Positions 38,138 through 47,241 of a DNA stretch of 64,000 nucleotides are shown here, piece by piece. The notes beneath the pieces are model-generated. The model had not been told where the DNA came from. It ran no database searches and was given only the letters and a program-made list of their open reading frames with translations. Source of the DNA: an uncultured Gemmatimonadales bacterium. GTDB lineage: Bacteria > Gemmatimonadota > Gemmatimonadetes > Gemmatimonadales > GWC2-71-9. Positions within the stretch are counted from its first letter, which is position 1, and each line of letters begins with the position of its first letter. Position numbers and translations under genes: made by a program. The DNA lies in NCBI GenBank assembly GCA_963779755.1, contig CAVZZO010000001.1, positions 96,001-160,000 of the forward strand, in the 5' to 3' direction.

Positions 38138-38830
38138 ATGCCGACCGCGTTCCCGGCAATATTCCCGTCACTCGCTTCGCATTTGCCTGTGGCCGCCCCT
38201 GACAGCACCCGCTCGCGCCGTCTCTCCCGCGTCTTTCTCCTCTCGCCCGCCAGCTGCAGTGGGCGCCGTGCGGGGTGGCTCCTGAACGGCACGGGCACCT
38301 TCGATCTGGCCCGGCAGCTGGCGGCCGGCCGCAGCGCCATGCTGGGGGAAGTCTTCAGTTTCCTGAGCGGCCTCTACTTCCGGGGCAAGCTCGCCTACGC
38401 TCGCCGCTTCGCAGTCCCGCCCGCCGCCTCGGCGGTCCTGGTCATTACCCCCACCCGCGGGCTGCTTCCGCCGGACACTCCGGTGGGGCTGGACGATCTC
38501 CGGGAGTTCGCCGGGGTGGATATCGCCGCCGGCGACCCGCGCTATCGGGTACCGCTGCTGCGCGACGCGCAACGGCTGGCGCGCCGGCTCACCGCGCGCG
38601 GCGAGGCGGTCCTGCTGGGCAGCATCGCCACCGGCAAGTATCTCGACGTGCTGGCGGCGACCCTGGAGCGGCGGCTGCTGTTTCCCGCCGCCTTCGTAGG
38701 CCGGGGTGACATGAGCCGCGGCGGCCTCATGCTGCGTGCCGCGGCGGAGGGGGCCGAGCTGGAATACACTGCAGCGGCGGGGGCCATCCGGCGCGGCGCC
38801 CGTCCCCCCCGGCTGGCACCGCCGCGGTGA
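38138..38830 (+). CDS. Hypothetical protein with weak YaaA-like motifs (start uncertain)
   Basis: VFLLSPA, FLSGLYFRGK, VITPTRGLLPPD and GRGDMSRGG; GTGA overlap with the Prim-Pol gene. Confidence 0.75.
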   Translation: MPTAFPAIFPSLASHLPVAAPDSTRSRRLSRVFLLSPASCSGRRAGWLLNGTGTFDLARQLAAGRSAMLGEVFSFLSGLYFRGKLAYARRFAVPPAASAVLVITPTRGLLPPDTPVGLDDLREFAGVDIAAGDPRYRVPLLRDAQRLARRLTARGEAVLLGSIATGKYLDVLAATLERRLLFPAAFVGRGDMSRGGLMLRAAAEGAELEYTAAAGAIRRGARPPRLAPPR

Positions 38831-39828
38831 CCCGGTCGCGGACCGGCGGCGGCCGCCATCCCTCGCGGGTGGGACGCACTCGCACGCCCCCGGCGCCGGC
38901 GAGGGCGGAGGCGGAGATCCCCGCCGGCCGCTCGCAGGCAACTCTGCATCTGGACGGGCGGGAGGTCCGGCTCACCAACCTGGACAAGGTCTTCTTCGCC
39001 GACCACGGCCTCACCAAACGTGATCTCCTGCAGTACTACGCCGATGTCGCTCCTGTACTGCTGCCTCATTTGCGCGACCGTCCCATGGTGATGAAGCGCT
39101 ACCCCAACGGGATCGCCGGCAAGTTCTTTTTCATGAAGCGTGCCCCCAGCCCCCGCCCCGCGTGGATCGAGACCTGCAGCATCAAGCACGCGTCAGGCAA
39201 TATCATCGACTTTCCGCTGGTGCAGGATCTCCCGTCGCTGCTCTGGTGCGTCAACCTGGGCTGCATCGACCTCAATCAGTGGTACGCCCGCTGCGATGAC
39301 GTCGACCGGCCCGATTATCTCCACTTCGACCTGGACCCGACCCCCGGCGCCGGCTTCGCCCAGGTGCGGGAGACCGCCCTGCTGGTCCGGGCCACGCTGG
39401 CGGAGCTGGAGATGCCGGTCTACGCCAAGACCACCGGCAGCCGCGGCATGCACGTGTACGTTCCCATCGTCCGCGGACCAACCCAGAAACAGGTCTGGAC
39501 CTTCGCCAAGGCCTTCGCCCGGGCGCTGGCGGAGGGCCACCCCGACCTGGTGACCGCCGTCTACCGGGTGGAGGACCGGCCGGCCTCGCACGTCCTGGTA
39601 GACTACAACCAGAACGCCTGGGGCCGCACGCTGGCATCGGTCTATTCGGTGCGGCCGCGGCCGGGAGCCCCGGTGTCCACGCCGGTCACCTGGGAAGAAG
39701 TGGAGCGCGGCTTCCGTCTGGAGGATTTTCACCTGGGTAACGTGCGCGACCGCCTGAAACGGCGGGGCGATCTCTGGGCGCCGCTCCTGGCGCCGGCGAA
39801 CCGCGTCCGGCTGGATCGCTGGCTCTGA
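38827..39828 (+). CDS. Stand-alone LigD-type primase-polymerase (Prim-PolC-like)
   Basis: LTNLDKV, KRYPNG, FFMK, FDLDP, KTTGSRGMHV, VDYNQN and YSVR. Confidence 0.92.
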   Translation: MTRSRTGGGRHPSRVGRTRTPPAPARAEAEIPAGRSQATLHLDGREVRLTNLDKVFFADHGLTKRDLLQYYADVAPVLLPHLRDRPMVMKRYPNGIAGKFFFMKRAPSPRPAWIETCSIKHASGNIIDFPLVQDLPSLLWCVNLGCIDLNQWYARCDDVDRPDYLHFDLDPTPGAGFAQVRETALLVRATLAELEMPVYAKTTGSRGMHVYVPIVRGPTQKQVWTFAKAFARALAEGHPDLVTAVYRVEDRPASHVLVDYNQNAWGRTLASVYSVRPRPGAPVSTPVTWEEVERGFRLEDFHLGNVRDRLKRRGDLWAPLLAPANRVRLDRWL

Positions 39829-40886
39829 TGCCGGTGGTTGCGTGGCCCCTGGACCCGATGGAAGCCGCCACCGCGGAGGAGCCGCCTCGGGGACCGGGCT
39901 GGGAGTACGAGCCCAAGTGGGACGGCTTTCGTTGCCTGATCTTCAGGGACGGGGAGCGCATCCGGCTGCAGTCCAAAGCAAAACGGCCGCTGGGACGTTA
40001 TTTTCCGGATGTGGTGGATCGCCTCCGGGTATTGCCGGCCCGGCGATTCGTGCTGGATGGAGAGCTGGTGATCCCGGTAGGCAACACCCTCTCCTTCGAC
40101 GAACTCCTGCTTCGCATCCACCCCGCCGCCAGCCGCGTGGCTGCGCTGGCCGCCGAGCACCCGGCGACGTTCATTGCGTTCGATCTTCTGGCCGACCCGG
40201 AACGCGGCTCTCTGCTGGACCAGCCGCTGAGAGAACGGCGCCGCCGGCTGGAGGCCTTTGCCCGCCGGCAGTTCCGCGCCACGCGCGGCCTCCGGCTCTC
40301 GCCGGCCACCACGCGCCTGGCTACCGCCCGGCGCTGGCTGCAGGGCGGCCGGGGTGGCCTGGACGGCATCATCGCGAAACGGCTGGATGCGCCCTATCGC
40401 CCCGGAAGCCGGGACGCGATGATCAAGGTGAAGCGCCTGCGGACGGCCGACTGTGTGGTGGGCGGCTTCCGCTATGCGTCCTCCGGGCATGCGGTGGGTT
40501 CGCTGCTCCTGGGCCTCTATGACGAAACGGGCGTCCTGCACCACGTCGGGTTCACCTCCGGCCTGGCGGCCGCCGAGCGGACCTCTCTGGTAGCGCGCCT
40601 GGAGGCGCTGCAATCGCCCCCCGGGTTTACGGGCCGCGCGCCGGGCGGCCCCAGCCGCTGGAGCCGCGGACGCTCCGCCGAATGGACGCCGCTCGCACCG
40701 GAACTGGTGTGCGAGGTCGAATACGACCACGTGAGCGGCGGCCGCTTCCGCCACGGCACCCGGTTTCTCCGCTGGCGCCCGGACAAGGCGCCGCACCAGT
40801 GTACGCTCGAGCAGATCCGGCAGAGCGGCGCTTCGGCGCTCCGGCTCCTGCGATCCTCGCGTTCCCGTCTCAAGGGCAAGGCATGA
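39828..40886 (+). CDS. ATP-dependent DNA ligase, LigC-like
   Basis: [45 protein letters not shown] and [13 protein letters not shown]. Confidence 0.92.
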   Translation: MPVVAWPLDPMEAATAEEPPRGPGWEYEPKWDGFRCLIFRDGERIRLQSKAKRPLGRYFPDVVDRLRVLPARRFVLDGELVIPVGNTLSFDELLLRIHPAASRVAALAAEHPATFIAFDLLADPERGSLLDQPLRERRRRLEAFARRQFRATRGLRLSPATTRLATARRWLQGGRGGLDGIIAKRLDAPYRPGSRDAMIKVKRLRTADCVVGGFRYASSGHAVGSLLLGLYDETGVLHHVGFTSGLAAAERTSLVARLEALQSPPGFTGRAPGGPSRWSRGRSAEWTPLAPELVCEVEYDHVSGGRFRHGTRFLRWRPDKAPHQCTLEQIRQSGASALRLLRSSRSRLKGKA

Positions 40887-41305
40887 CGACACCGCCGCCA
40901 TTTCATCTCGCATTTCCGGTCCACGACCTGGCGGAAGCCCGGGCGTTCTACGGCGGGATGCTGGGCTGCCGTGAGGGCCGAAGCAGCGAGCACTGGGTAG
41001 ACTTTGACCTGTGGGGGCATCAGATCGTGGCGCATCTCGCGCCGGAGGCCGCCGGCCGGCGGGCCGGCAATCCGGTGGATGGCGACGACGTCCCCGTCCC
41101 CCACTTCGGGCTCATCCTCCCCTGGGAGGAGTGGGAAGCGCTGGCCGGGCGGCTGCGCCAGGCCGGCGCCCGGTTCGTGATCGAGCCGCGCATCCGTTTT
41201 CGCGGCCTGCCGGGCGAGCAGGGCACCCTGTTCGTGCTCGACCCGTCGGGCAATGCACTCGAATTCAAATCCTTCCGAGACATGACTCAGGTATTCGCAC
41301 AATGA
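40883..41305 (+). CDS. VOC/glyoxalase family protein
   Basis: [20 protein letters not shown] and [10 protein letters not shown]. Confidence 0.9.
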   Translation: MTTPPPFHLAFPVHDLAEARAFYGGMLGCREGRSSEHWVDFDLWGHQIVAHLAPEAAGRRAGNPVDGDDVPVPHFGLILPWEEWEALAGRLRQAGARFVIEPRIRFRGLPGEQGTLFVLDPSGNALEFKSFRDMTQVFAQ

Positions 41306-42630
41306 GACGGCGCCCACGTGGACGTCCCGGCCGGCGGCCGGGTGGCGGCAGGGGCGGGAATCAGGGCGGCAACAGCAGCAGCGGCGGCGGGGGGAGCGGC
41401 GGCCGGGGAAATGGCCGGCCGCCGCGCGAGCGGCGCCACCGGCCCTCCGGCGAAAGCGGGCCCCCGCGCGGCGAGCCGGTCGAGGCGATCGGCGTGCTGG
41501 ACTACGCCGAACGGGAAGGCGGCTTCCTGCGCCGGCGGGAAGTGAGCTATCTGCCCGAAAGCAACGACGTCCGGGTCGACCAGGGGTTGATTCAGCGCCT
41601 CCGCCTGCGGCCGGGCGACGAGATCGTCGGCCGGGCGGTGCAGCCGCAGGGCCGCGGCCGGGCGGCGGTGCTCACCGAGGTGGAGACCGTCAACGGGCAG
41701 GAGCCCGAGGCGATGGCCCGCCGTCCCGATTTCAACCGCCTGGCCGCGGTCCATCCCACCGAGCAGCTGATCCTGGATTTCGGGCTGACCCGCAACGGGC
41801 AGCGGGACTTCACCAACCGGGTGATCGACCTGCTGGCGCCGCTGGGCAAGGGTCAGCGGGCCCTGATCGTCGCGCCGGCCAAGGCGGGCAAGACCATGGT
41901 CCTCCAGGCCATGGCCCAGGGGCTGGGTCGTAACCATCCGGAGACCCGGGTCATGATTCTGCTGGTGGATGAGCGACCGGAGGAAGTGACCGAGATGGAA
42001 GCCTGCGGCTACGGCGAAGTGGTCGCCTCCAGTTTCGATCACCCGGCGGAGCGGCACGTGGCGGTGGCGGAAATCGTCCTGGAACGCGCCCGGCGGCGGG
42101 TGGAACAGGGAGAGGACGTCGTGGTGATCCTCGACTCCATCACCCGGCTGGCCCGGGCCTACAACACGGTCGAGCGCGGCACCGGGCGCACCCTGACGGG
42201 CGGCCTGGACGCGTCGTCGCTGGAAAAGCCCAAGCGGTTCCTGGGCAGCGCCCGCTGCATCGACCCGGCGCAAGGCGGCGGCTCGCTCACCATCATCGGC
42301 ACGGCGCTGGTGGATACCGGGTCCAAGATGGACCAGGTGATCTTCGAGGAGTTCAAGGGCACCGGCAACAGCGAGCTGGTGCTGAGCCGCGAGCTGGCCG
42401 ACCGGCGGATCTTCCCGGCCATCGATCTCAACGCCAGCGCCACGCGCCGCGAAGAGCTGCTGCTCTCGCCCGAGGCGCTGGAAGATTCCCGCGCCGTGCG
42501 ACACACCCTTTCGGGCCTCTCTCCGGTGGAGGCGATGTCCACGCTCATGACGCTCATGCGCCGGACGGAATCCAACGCCGAGCTGGCCAAGGCGCTGCGG
42601 CCCTCCGGGGGCTCGCGCTCCTCGCGATGA
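41302..42630 (+). CDS. rho: Transcription termination factor Rho, divergent form with an Arg/Gly-rich N-terminus
   Basis: [47 protein letters not shown] and TRREELL. Confidence 0.92.
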   Translation: MRRRPRGRPGRRPGGGRGGNQGGNSSSGGGGSGGRGNGRPPRERRHRPSGESGPPRGEPVEAIGVLDYAEREGGFLRRREVSYLPESNDVRVDQGLIQRLRLRPGDEIVGRAVQPQGRGRAAVLTEVETVNGQEPEAMARRPDFNRLAAVHPTEQLILDFGLTRNGQRDFTNRVIDLLAPLGKGQRALIVAPAKAGKTMVLQAMAQGLGRNHPETRVMILLVDERPEEVTEMEACGYGEVVASSFDHPAERHVAVAEIVLERARRRVEQGEDVVVILDSITRLARAYNTVERGTGRTLTGGLDASSLEKPKRFLGSARCIDPAQGGGSLTIIGTALVDTGSKMDQVIFEEFKGTGNSELVLSRELADRRIFPAIDLNASATRREELLLSPEALEDSRAVRHTLSGLSPVEAMSTLMTLMRRTESNAELAKALRPSGGSRSSR

Positions 42631-43352
42631 CCCGGCGGCTTCTGCTGCTCAGCAATTCGGTCAACGAAGGCGCCGGCTACCTGGAGCACGCGCTCCCCCA
42701 GGTGGCGGAATTGCTGCGCGGCGTGTCCCGCCTGACCTTCGTGCCCTGGGCGGCCGTCACGATCAGCAACGACGAATACACCGATCGGGTGCGCTCGGCG
42801 CTCGCGCCGCTGGGCGTCACGGTCGAGCCGTTGCATCAGGCGGACGACCCGGCCCGGGCCATCGCCGATGCCGAGGCGATCGCGGTGGGCGGCGGCAACA
42901 CCTTCCACCTGCTGGCCGCGCTGCAGCAGCGGAGCCTGCTGGAGCCGGTGCGCCGGCGCGTGGCCGGGGGGGTGCCCTATGTCGGCTGGAGCGCCGGTTC
43001 TAACATGGCATGCCCCACCATCCGGACCACCAACGACATGCCGGTGGTGGAGGTGGACGGATTCGGCGCGCTGGACCTGGTGCCGTTTCAGATCAATCCG
43101 CACTACACCGACGCCCGGCTACCCAACCATCATGGAGAAACCCGGCCGCAGCGCCTGCTGGAGTTTCTGGCGGCGAACCCCGGCACCACGGTGATCGGGC
43201 TGCGCGAAGGCAGCATGCTCAAGGTGGAAGGCCAGGCCATGTGGCTCCTGGGCCCCCGTCCCGCCACCATCTTCCGCGCCGGCATGCCCCCGGCCGACCA
43301 GGCGCCCGGCGCACGGCTGGACGCGCTGCTCAACGCCGCCCGCGCCGACTGA
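42627..43352 (+). CDS. pepE: Dipeptidase E (peptidase S51)
   Basis: LLLLSNS, VGGGNTF, GWSAG, TIRTTNDMP, QINPHY and HHGETR. Confidence 0.95.
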   Translation: MTRRLLLLSNSVNEGAGYLEHALPQVAELLRGVSRLTFVPWAAVTISNDEYTDRVRSALAPLGVTVEPLHQADDPARAIADAEAIAVGGGNTFHLLAALQQRSLLEPVRRRVAGGVPYVGWSAGSNMACPTIRTTNDMPVVEVDGFGALDLVPFQINPHYTDARLPNHHGETRPQRLLEFLAANPGTTVIGLREGSMLKVEGQAMWLLGPRPATIFRAGMPPADQAPGARLDALLNAARAD

Positions 43353-43379
43353 CCAACCCGGAGGACCAACCGCGGCATC

Positions 43380-43970
43380 ATGACCGAACGGACTCTGCAC
43401 AGCGTTTGTGTGTTCTGCGGATCGCAGGCGGGCGGACGGCCCGCCTACGTCGAAGGCGCCCGGCGGCTGGGCGAGTTGCTGGCCCGGGAAGGCATCCGGA
43501 TCGTCTACGGCGGCTCCAGCCTGGGGCTCATGGGGGCGCTGGCGAACGCGGCGCTGGACCAGGGGGGCACGGTGACCGGGATCATTCCCACCGGGCTGGT
43601 TCAGCGGGAGGTGGCGAACGACCGGGTGTCCGATCTGATCGTGGTCGGCTCGATGCACGAGAGGAAGACCCAGATGTCGGAACTGGCCGACGGGTTCATC
43701 GCCCTGCCGGGCGGCCTGGGCACGCTGGAGGAATTCTTCGAGATCCTGACGTGGGCGCAGCTTGGCATTCACGACAAACCCTGCGGGCTGCTCAATCTGG
43801 AGGGATACTTCGAACCGCTGATTGCGTTCCTCGATCGGGCCATGGCGGAGAAGTTTCTTCTCCCCAGGTACCGCGCGCTGCTGCTGCAGGAGAGCGACCC
43901 GGGAGCCCTGCTCGGGCGGATGCGCAGCTACGAGCCGCCCGAGGTGGAGAAGTGGCAGAGCCGGACCTGA
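43380..43970 (+). CDS. LOG family nucleotide phosphoribohydrolase
   Basis: VCVFCGS, VYGG, MHERK and PGGLGTLEE. Confidence 0.93.
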   Translation: MTERTLHSVCVFCGSQAGGRPAYVEGARRLGELLAREGIRIVYGGSSLGLMGALANAALDQGGTVTGIIPTGLVQREVANDRVSDLIVVGSMHERKTQMSELADGFIALPGGLGTLEEFFEILTWAQLGIHDKPCGLLNLEGYFEPLIAFLDRAMAEKFLLPRYRALLLQESDPGALLGRMRSYEPPEVEKWQSRT

Positions 43971-44014
43971 GCACGGCCGTCAAACGGAAGGTATACGGCA
44001 GCGCCCCGCACCGC

Positions 44015-44680
44015 TCACGCGTTACGTGGCACCGTTCCATCGGTTGTTCCGTCCCAGCCTTCGAGTTCCTCTCTCGCCGGTAATACCTCCCGTGTGTACT
44101 GCGCCGCCAGCTGCTCGCCCGCCACCAGCGCCTGCACCCGCCGGTAGACCGCGTGGCCCACGGCCAGCGGGAGAGTGAACTCGCGGATGTAATAGGCCGC
44201 GACCTTCTCCGCCGGCATGGTGCCGTGCAACAGGCGCACCAGGCGCATCGCGTTGCTCACGTGGGTCTGCAGAATGGCTTCCTCGGCCCGAGCGCCTACC
44301 AGCCGGGCCAGCTGCAGGGTCGTCTCCCGGTGCTCCCGGCGCCGGCGTCCCACGGTGTAGATCCGGTGGGGGAGCAGGAAATCGAACCCGCTCAGCACCG
44401 GCTGGGGAATCCGCGCCGGCAGGCAGGCGAGGTCAATACCCAGCAAGGTCCGGCTCCGCACGACCTCGCGCATGGTATCGGGCACCGCACCCACCCGGAG
44501 GTACAACTCCAGGGCCTCCAGCACGGTGATCCGGCTGGCAAATTCCTGGATGAAGGGCACCGCCTGAGAGCTGTGGGTGTCCACCAGCGCCTCCCAGGCG
44601 CTGGCCAGAGCAATCCTGGCCTGCGTCCGCAGGATGCGCGGAACTTCCCGCACCGACATGCGGCTGGGAAACGGAGCCAT
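44015..44680 (-). CDS. Hypothetical two-repeat helical protein (paralog B)
   Basis: AGGA RBS before ATG 44680; aligns with the 36033-36671 product. Confidence 0.8.
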   Translation of the reverse strand: MAPFPSRMSVREVPRILRTQARIALASAWEALVDTHSSQAVPFIQEFASRITVLEALELYLRVGAVPDTMREVVRSRTLLGIDLACLPARIPQPVLSGFDFLLPHRIYTVGRRRREHRETTLQLARLVGARAEEAILQTHVSNAMRLVRLLHGTMPAEKVAAYYIREFTLPLAVGHAVYRRVQALVAGEQLAAQYTREVLPAREELEGWDGTTDGTVPRNA

Positions 44681-44963
44681 GAGTGATGTCCTGCGAGTGC
44701 AGAGTATTGCTCTTGGACTTCGATTTATACACGCCTTCAACATTAGAGCGGCGTGACCACTCCTAAACTATGTGTCGGCCACGGCAACGCAACACTAAAG
44801 AATTCGTACAGATGTTGATAAAAACTGCGGGGTGGCCGCAGCCGCTTGCCGCGACGGGGTTTAGGGAGATGGAAAATGACCGATAATTTGACACTTCAGG
44901 AACTGCCATCCCGTCTCCGCGCCGGCCCAGGGGGCCCGGAGGGTCGCGCTCGGGCGAGGCGCG

Positions 44964-47108
44964 CTAGGCCGCGGCAGCGCTTGAGGGATAGTACCGCTCG
45001 CCCCGATCGGCCATTTCCACCAGCACCGGCGCCGGGGTGAAGCGAGCGCCATAGCTCGCGGCCAGCTCGCGCAGGGTTCGCACCACATTGGCGGCGCCCA
45101 GCTCGTCGATCAGCCGCAGCGGCCCGCCGCGGAAGGGGGGGAAGCCGATGCCGAAAATCGCGCCTATGTCGCCGTCGCGGGGGGAGCGTACCACGCCTTC
45201 GCCCACGGCCCTGGCCGCTTCGTTCAGCATGCTGTAGACCAGGCGCTGCTCGATGGTGGCGGGGCTGTTCCGCTGTTGCGGCTCCACCCCGATCACCCGA
45301 TAGACGCTCTGGTCCACCCCTTCCTTGTGGCCGCCCCTGTAGGTGTAGAAGCCCCGGCCGTTCTTGCGGCCCAGGCGATTGTCGGCCAGCAGGCGCTGGA
45401 CCACCGGATTGGGCTGCAGCCGTTCCCCGAACGCCTGGTGCATCACCTTGCCGGCTTTTTCGGCGACGTCCAGTCCGACTTCGTCCAGGAGCGCGATGGG
45501 CCCGACCGGAAAGCCCCACCGGGTCAGGGTGCGATCGATCAGGTCGATGGGCGTGCCTTCGGACAGGAGTAGCCCCGCTTCGTTCATGTAGGGCGACAGG
45601 ATCCGGTTCACCCAGAAGCCCGGGCGGTCCTGCACCACGATCACCGTTTTCCCCAGCTTCTTGCCGAAATCGACGGCGGTGGCAATGGTCGCGGGCGCGG
45701 TCCGGTCGGTCGCGATGACCTCCAGCAGGGGCATCTTTTCCACCGGGGAAAAGAAGTGCATGCCCAGCACCTGCTCCGGCCGGACGGAGCGCTGGGCGAT
45801 CTGGCCGATGGGAATGGTCGAGGTATTGGTGGCGAAGATGGCGCCCGGGCGCAGCACACTTTCCACCTCGCTCAGTACCTGCTGCTTCAGATTGAGATCT
45901 TCGAAGACCGCCTCGATGACCAGGTCGGCGGAGCGCACCGTATGCCAGTCCACCGCGCCGCTCAGCAGCGCCGCCAGCCGCTGGTACTCCCAGCGGGTGA
46001 TCCGGCGCCGCTTCAGCCGGCCGCGCAGAATCCCCAGCGCCGCGTTCATGCCCTTCCCCACCCGCGACAGCTCGGTATCCTTGAGGCCGACCTGGACTCG
46101 CGCGGTGCTGATCGCCACCCCGGCGATGGCGGCGCCCATGAACCCCGCGCCGATCACGCCCAGCCGGTCGATCTGGCGCGGCTCGGCGCTGCCGGGCGGC
46201 ACCCCCGCGTCCTTCTTGAGTGCCGTGGTAGCGAAGAAGAGTTGCACCAGCCGGCGCGAAACCTCGGTCATCGCCAGCTGCCCGAACTTCTGGTGTTCCA
46301 CCACCAGTCCGCGGCGCATGCCTTCTTCCATGCCGGTGCGAACGGCCTCCAGCGCCGCCAGCGGAGCGGGATAGTGCCCGCCGGTCTTCTTGAGTACCTG
46401 CTTCCTGGCCTGGCGATACACCAGCCGCCGTCCCAGAGGCGTCCGGTCCAGCAGCGTGCCGACCAGCCCCCCCTTGGGCTTCCGCCGGACGCGCTCGCCT
46501 CCCGCCAGCCGTTCCGCCGCGCGCACGGCGATCTCCCGCAAGATGGGCGGCGGCACCAGCTCATCCACCATGCCCAGCCGGTAGGCCCGGGCCGCGGACA
46601 CACTCTTCCCCGCCAGGATGATGTCCAGCGCGGCGCTGACGCCGATGAGTCGGGGGAGGCGCTGGCAGCCGCCGGCGCCGGGGAGAATACCCAGCTGGAT
46701 TTCCGGCAGGCCCAGGGACGTCCTGGGGTGATCGGTGGCCACCCGGTAGTCGCAGGCCAGCGCCAACTCGAGGCCGCCGCCCAGGCAGGTGCCGTGGATC
46801 GCGGCGACCACCGGCTTGGGAAACTCGTCCAGCCGGTTGAGCATCTCCTGCCCTTCGCGGCTCAGCCGTTCCGCTTCCGCCGCGCTGGCGAGGGCCACGA
46901 ACTCTTCAATGTCAGCGCCCGCAATGAACATGTCCGGCTTGCCGGAGATGATCACCAGCGCCCGCACGGTGCCGTCGTCGCGCAGGCGGGCCAGCGCATG
47001 CTCGAATTCTTCCTTGACGGCGGCATTGATCTTGTTCACCGGCTCGCCGGGCAGGTCCAGGGTAAGAAAGGCGAGGCCGTTTTCGTTGCTGACGGTGAGC
47101 GCTGCCAC
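44964..47108 (-). CDS. fadJ: Fatty acid oxidation complex alpha subunit (enoyl-CoA hydratase / 3-hydroxyacyl-CoA dehydrogenase)
   Basis: FIAGADI, GGGLE, GLPE, GAGFMG, EAVFE, NTSTIP, HFFSPVEKMPLLE and FPPFRGGP; GGAGG RBS before GTG 47108. Confidence 0.92.
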   Translation of the reverse strand: MAALTVSNENGLAFLTLDLPGEPVNKINAAVKEEFEHALARLRDDGTVRALVIISGKPDMFIAGADIEEFVALASAAEAERLSREGQEMLNRLDEFPKPVVAAIHGTCLGGGLELALACDYRVATDHPRTSLGLPEIQLGILPGAGGCQRLPRLIGVSAALDIILAGKSVSAARAYRLGMVDELVPPPILREIAVRAAERLAGGERVRRKPKGGLVGTLLDRTPLGRRLVYRQARKQVLKKTGGHYPAPLAALEAVRTGMEEGMRRGLVVEHQKFGQLAMTEVSRRLVQLFFATTALKKDAGVPPGSAEPRQIDRLGVIGAGFMGAAIAGVAISTARVQVGLKDTELSRVGKGMNAALGILRGRLKRRRITRWEYQRLAALLSGAVDWHTVRSADLVIEAVFEDLNLKQQVLSEVESVLRPGAIFATNTSTIPIGQIAQRSVRPEQVLGMHFFSPVEKMPLLEVIATDRTAPATIATAVDFGKKLGKTVIVVQDRPGFWVNRILSPYMNEAGLLLSEGTPIDLIDRTLTRWGFPVGPIALLDEVGLDVAEKAGKVMHQAFGERLQPNPVVQRLLADNRLGRKNGRGFYTYRGGHKEGVDQSVYRVIGVEPQQRNSPATIEQRLVYSMLNEAARAVGEGVVRSPRDGDIGAIFGIGFPPFRGGPLRLIDELGAANVVRTLRELAASYGARFTPAPVLVEMADRGERYYPSSAAAA

Positions 47109-47160
47109 GGGTCCTCCAGAAACTCCGGCATCCGCACGCGAGGTCAAGCGCCGCTCAGAG

Positions 47161-47211
47161 GAGGCGTGAGAGGTCAGGCGTGATGCCGGGACGCCTGACG
47201 CCTCACGCCTC
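47161..47211. repeat. Heptamer-based inverted repeat between fadI and fadJ
   Basis: GAGGCGTGAGAGGTCAGGCGT / ACGCCTGACGCCTCACGCCTC, 19 of 21 positions complementary. Confidence 0.8.
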
Positions 47212-47241
47212 AGGAACCAACCTGCCGGGAGCCGTCACGAC

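Noticed and set aside
38827..40886. Classical Ku-LigD NHEJ operon
   Set aside because: No ku and no phosphoesterase domain in the window; the ligase has LigC-like motifs.
36033..44680. Mobile element bounded by the two paralogs
   Set aside because: No integrase or transposase, no nucleotide-level direct repeats seen, and composition is host-like; the TopIB has topoisomerase rather than recombinase motifs.
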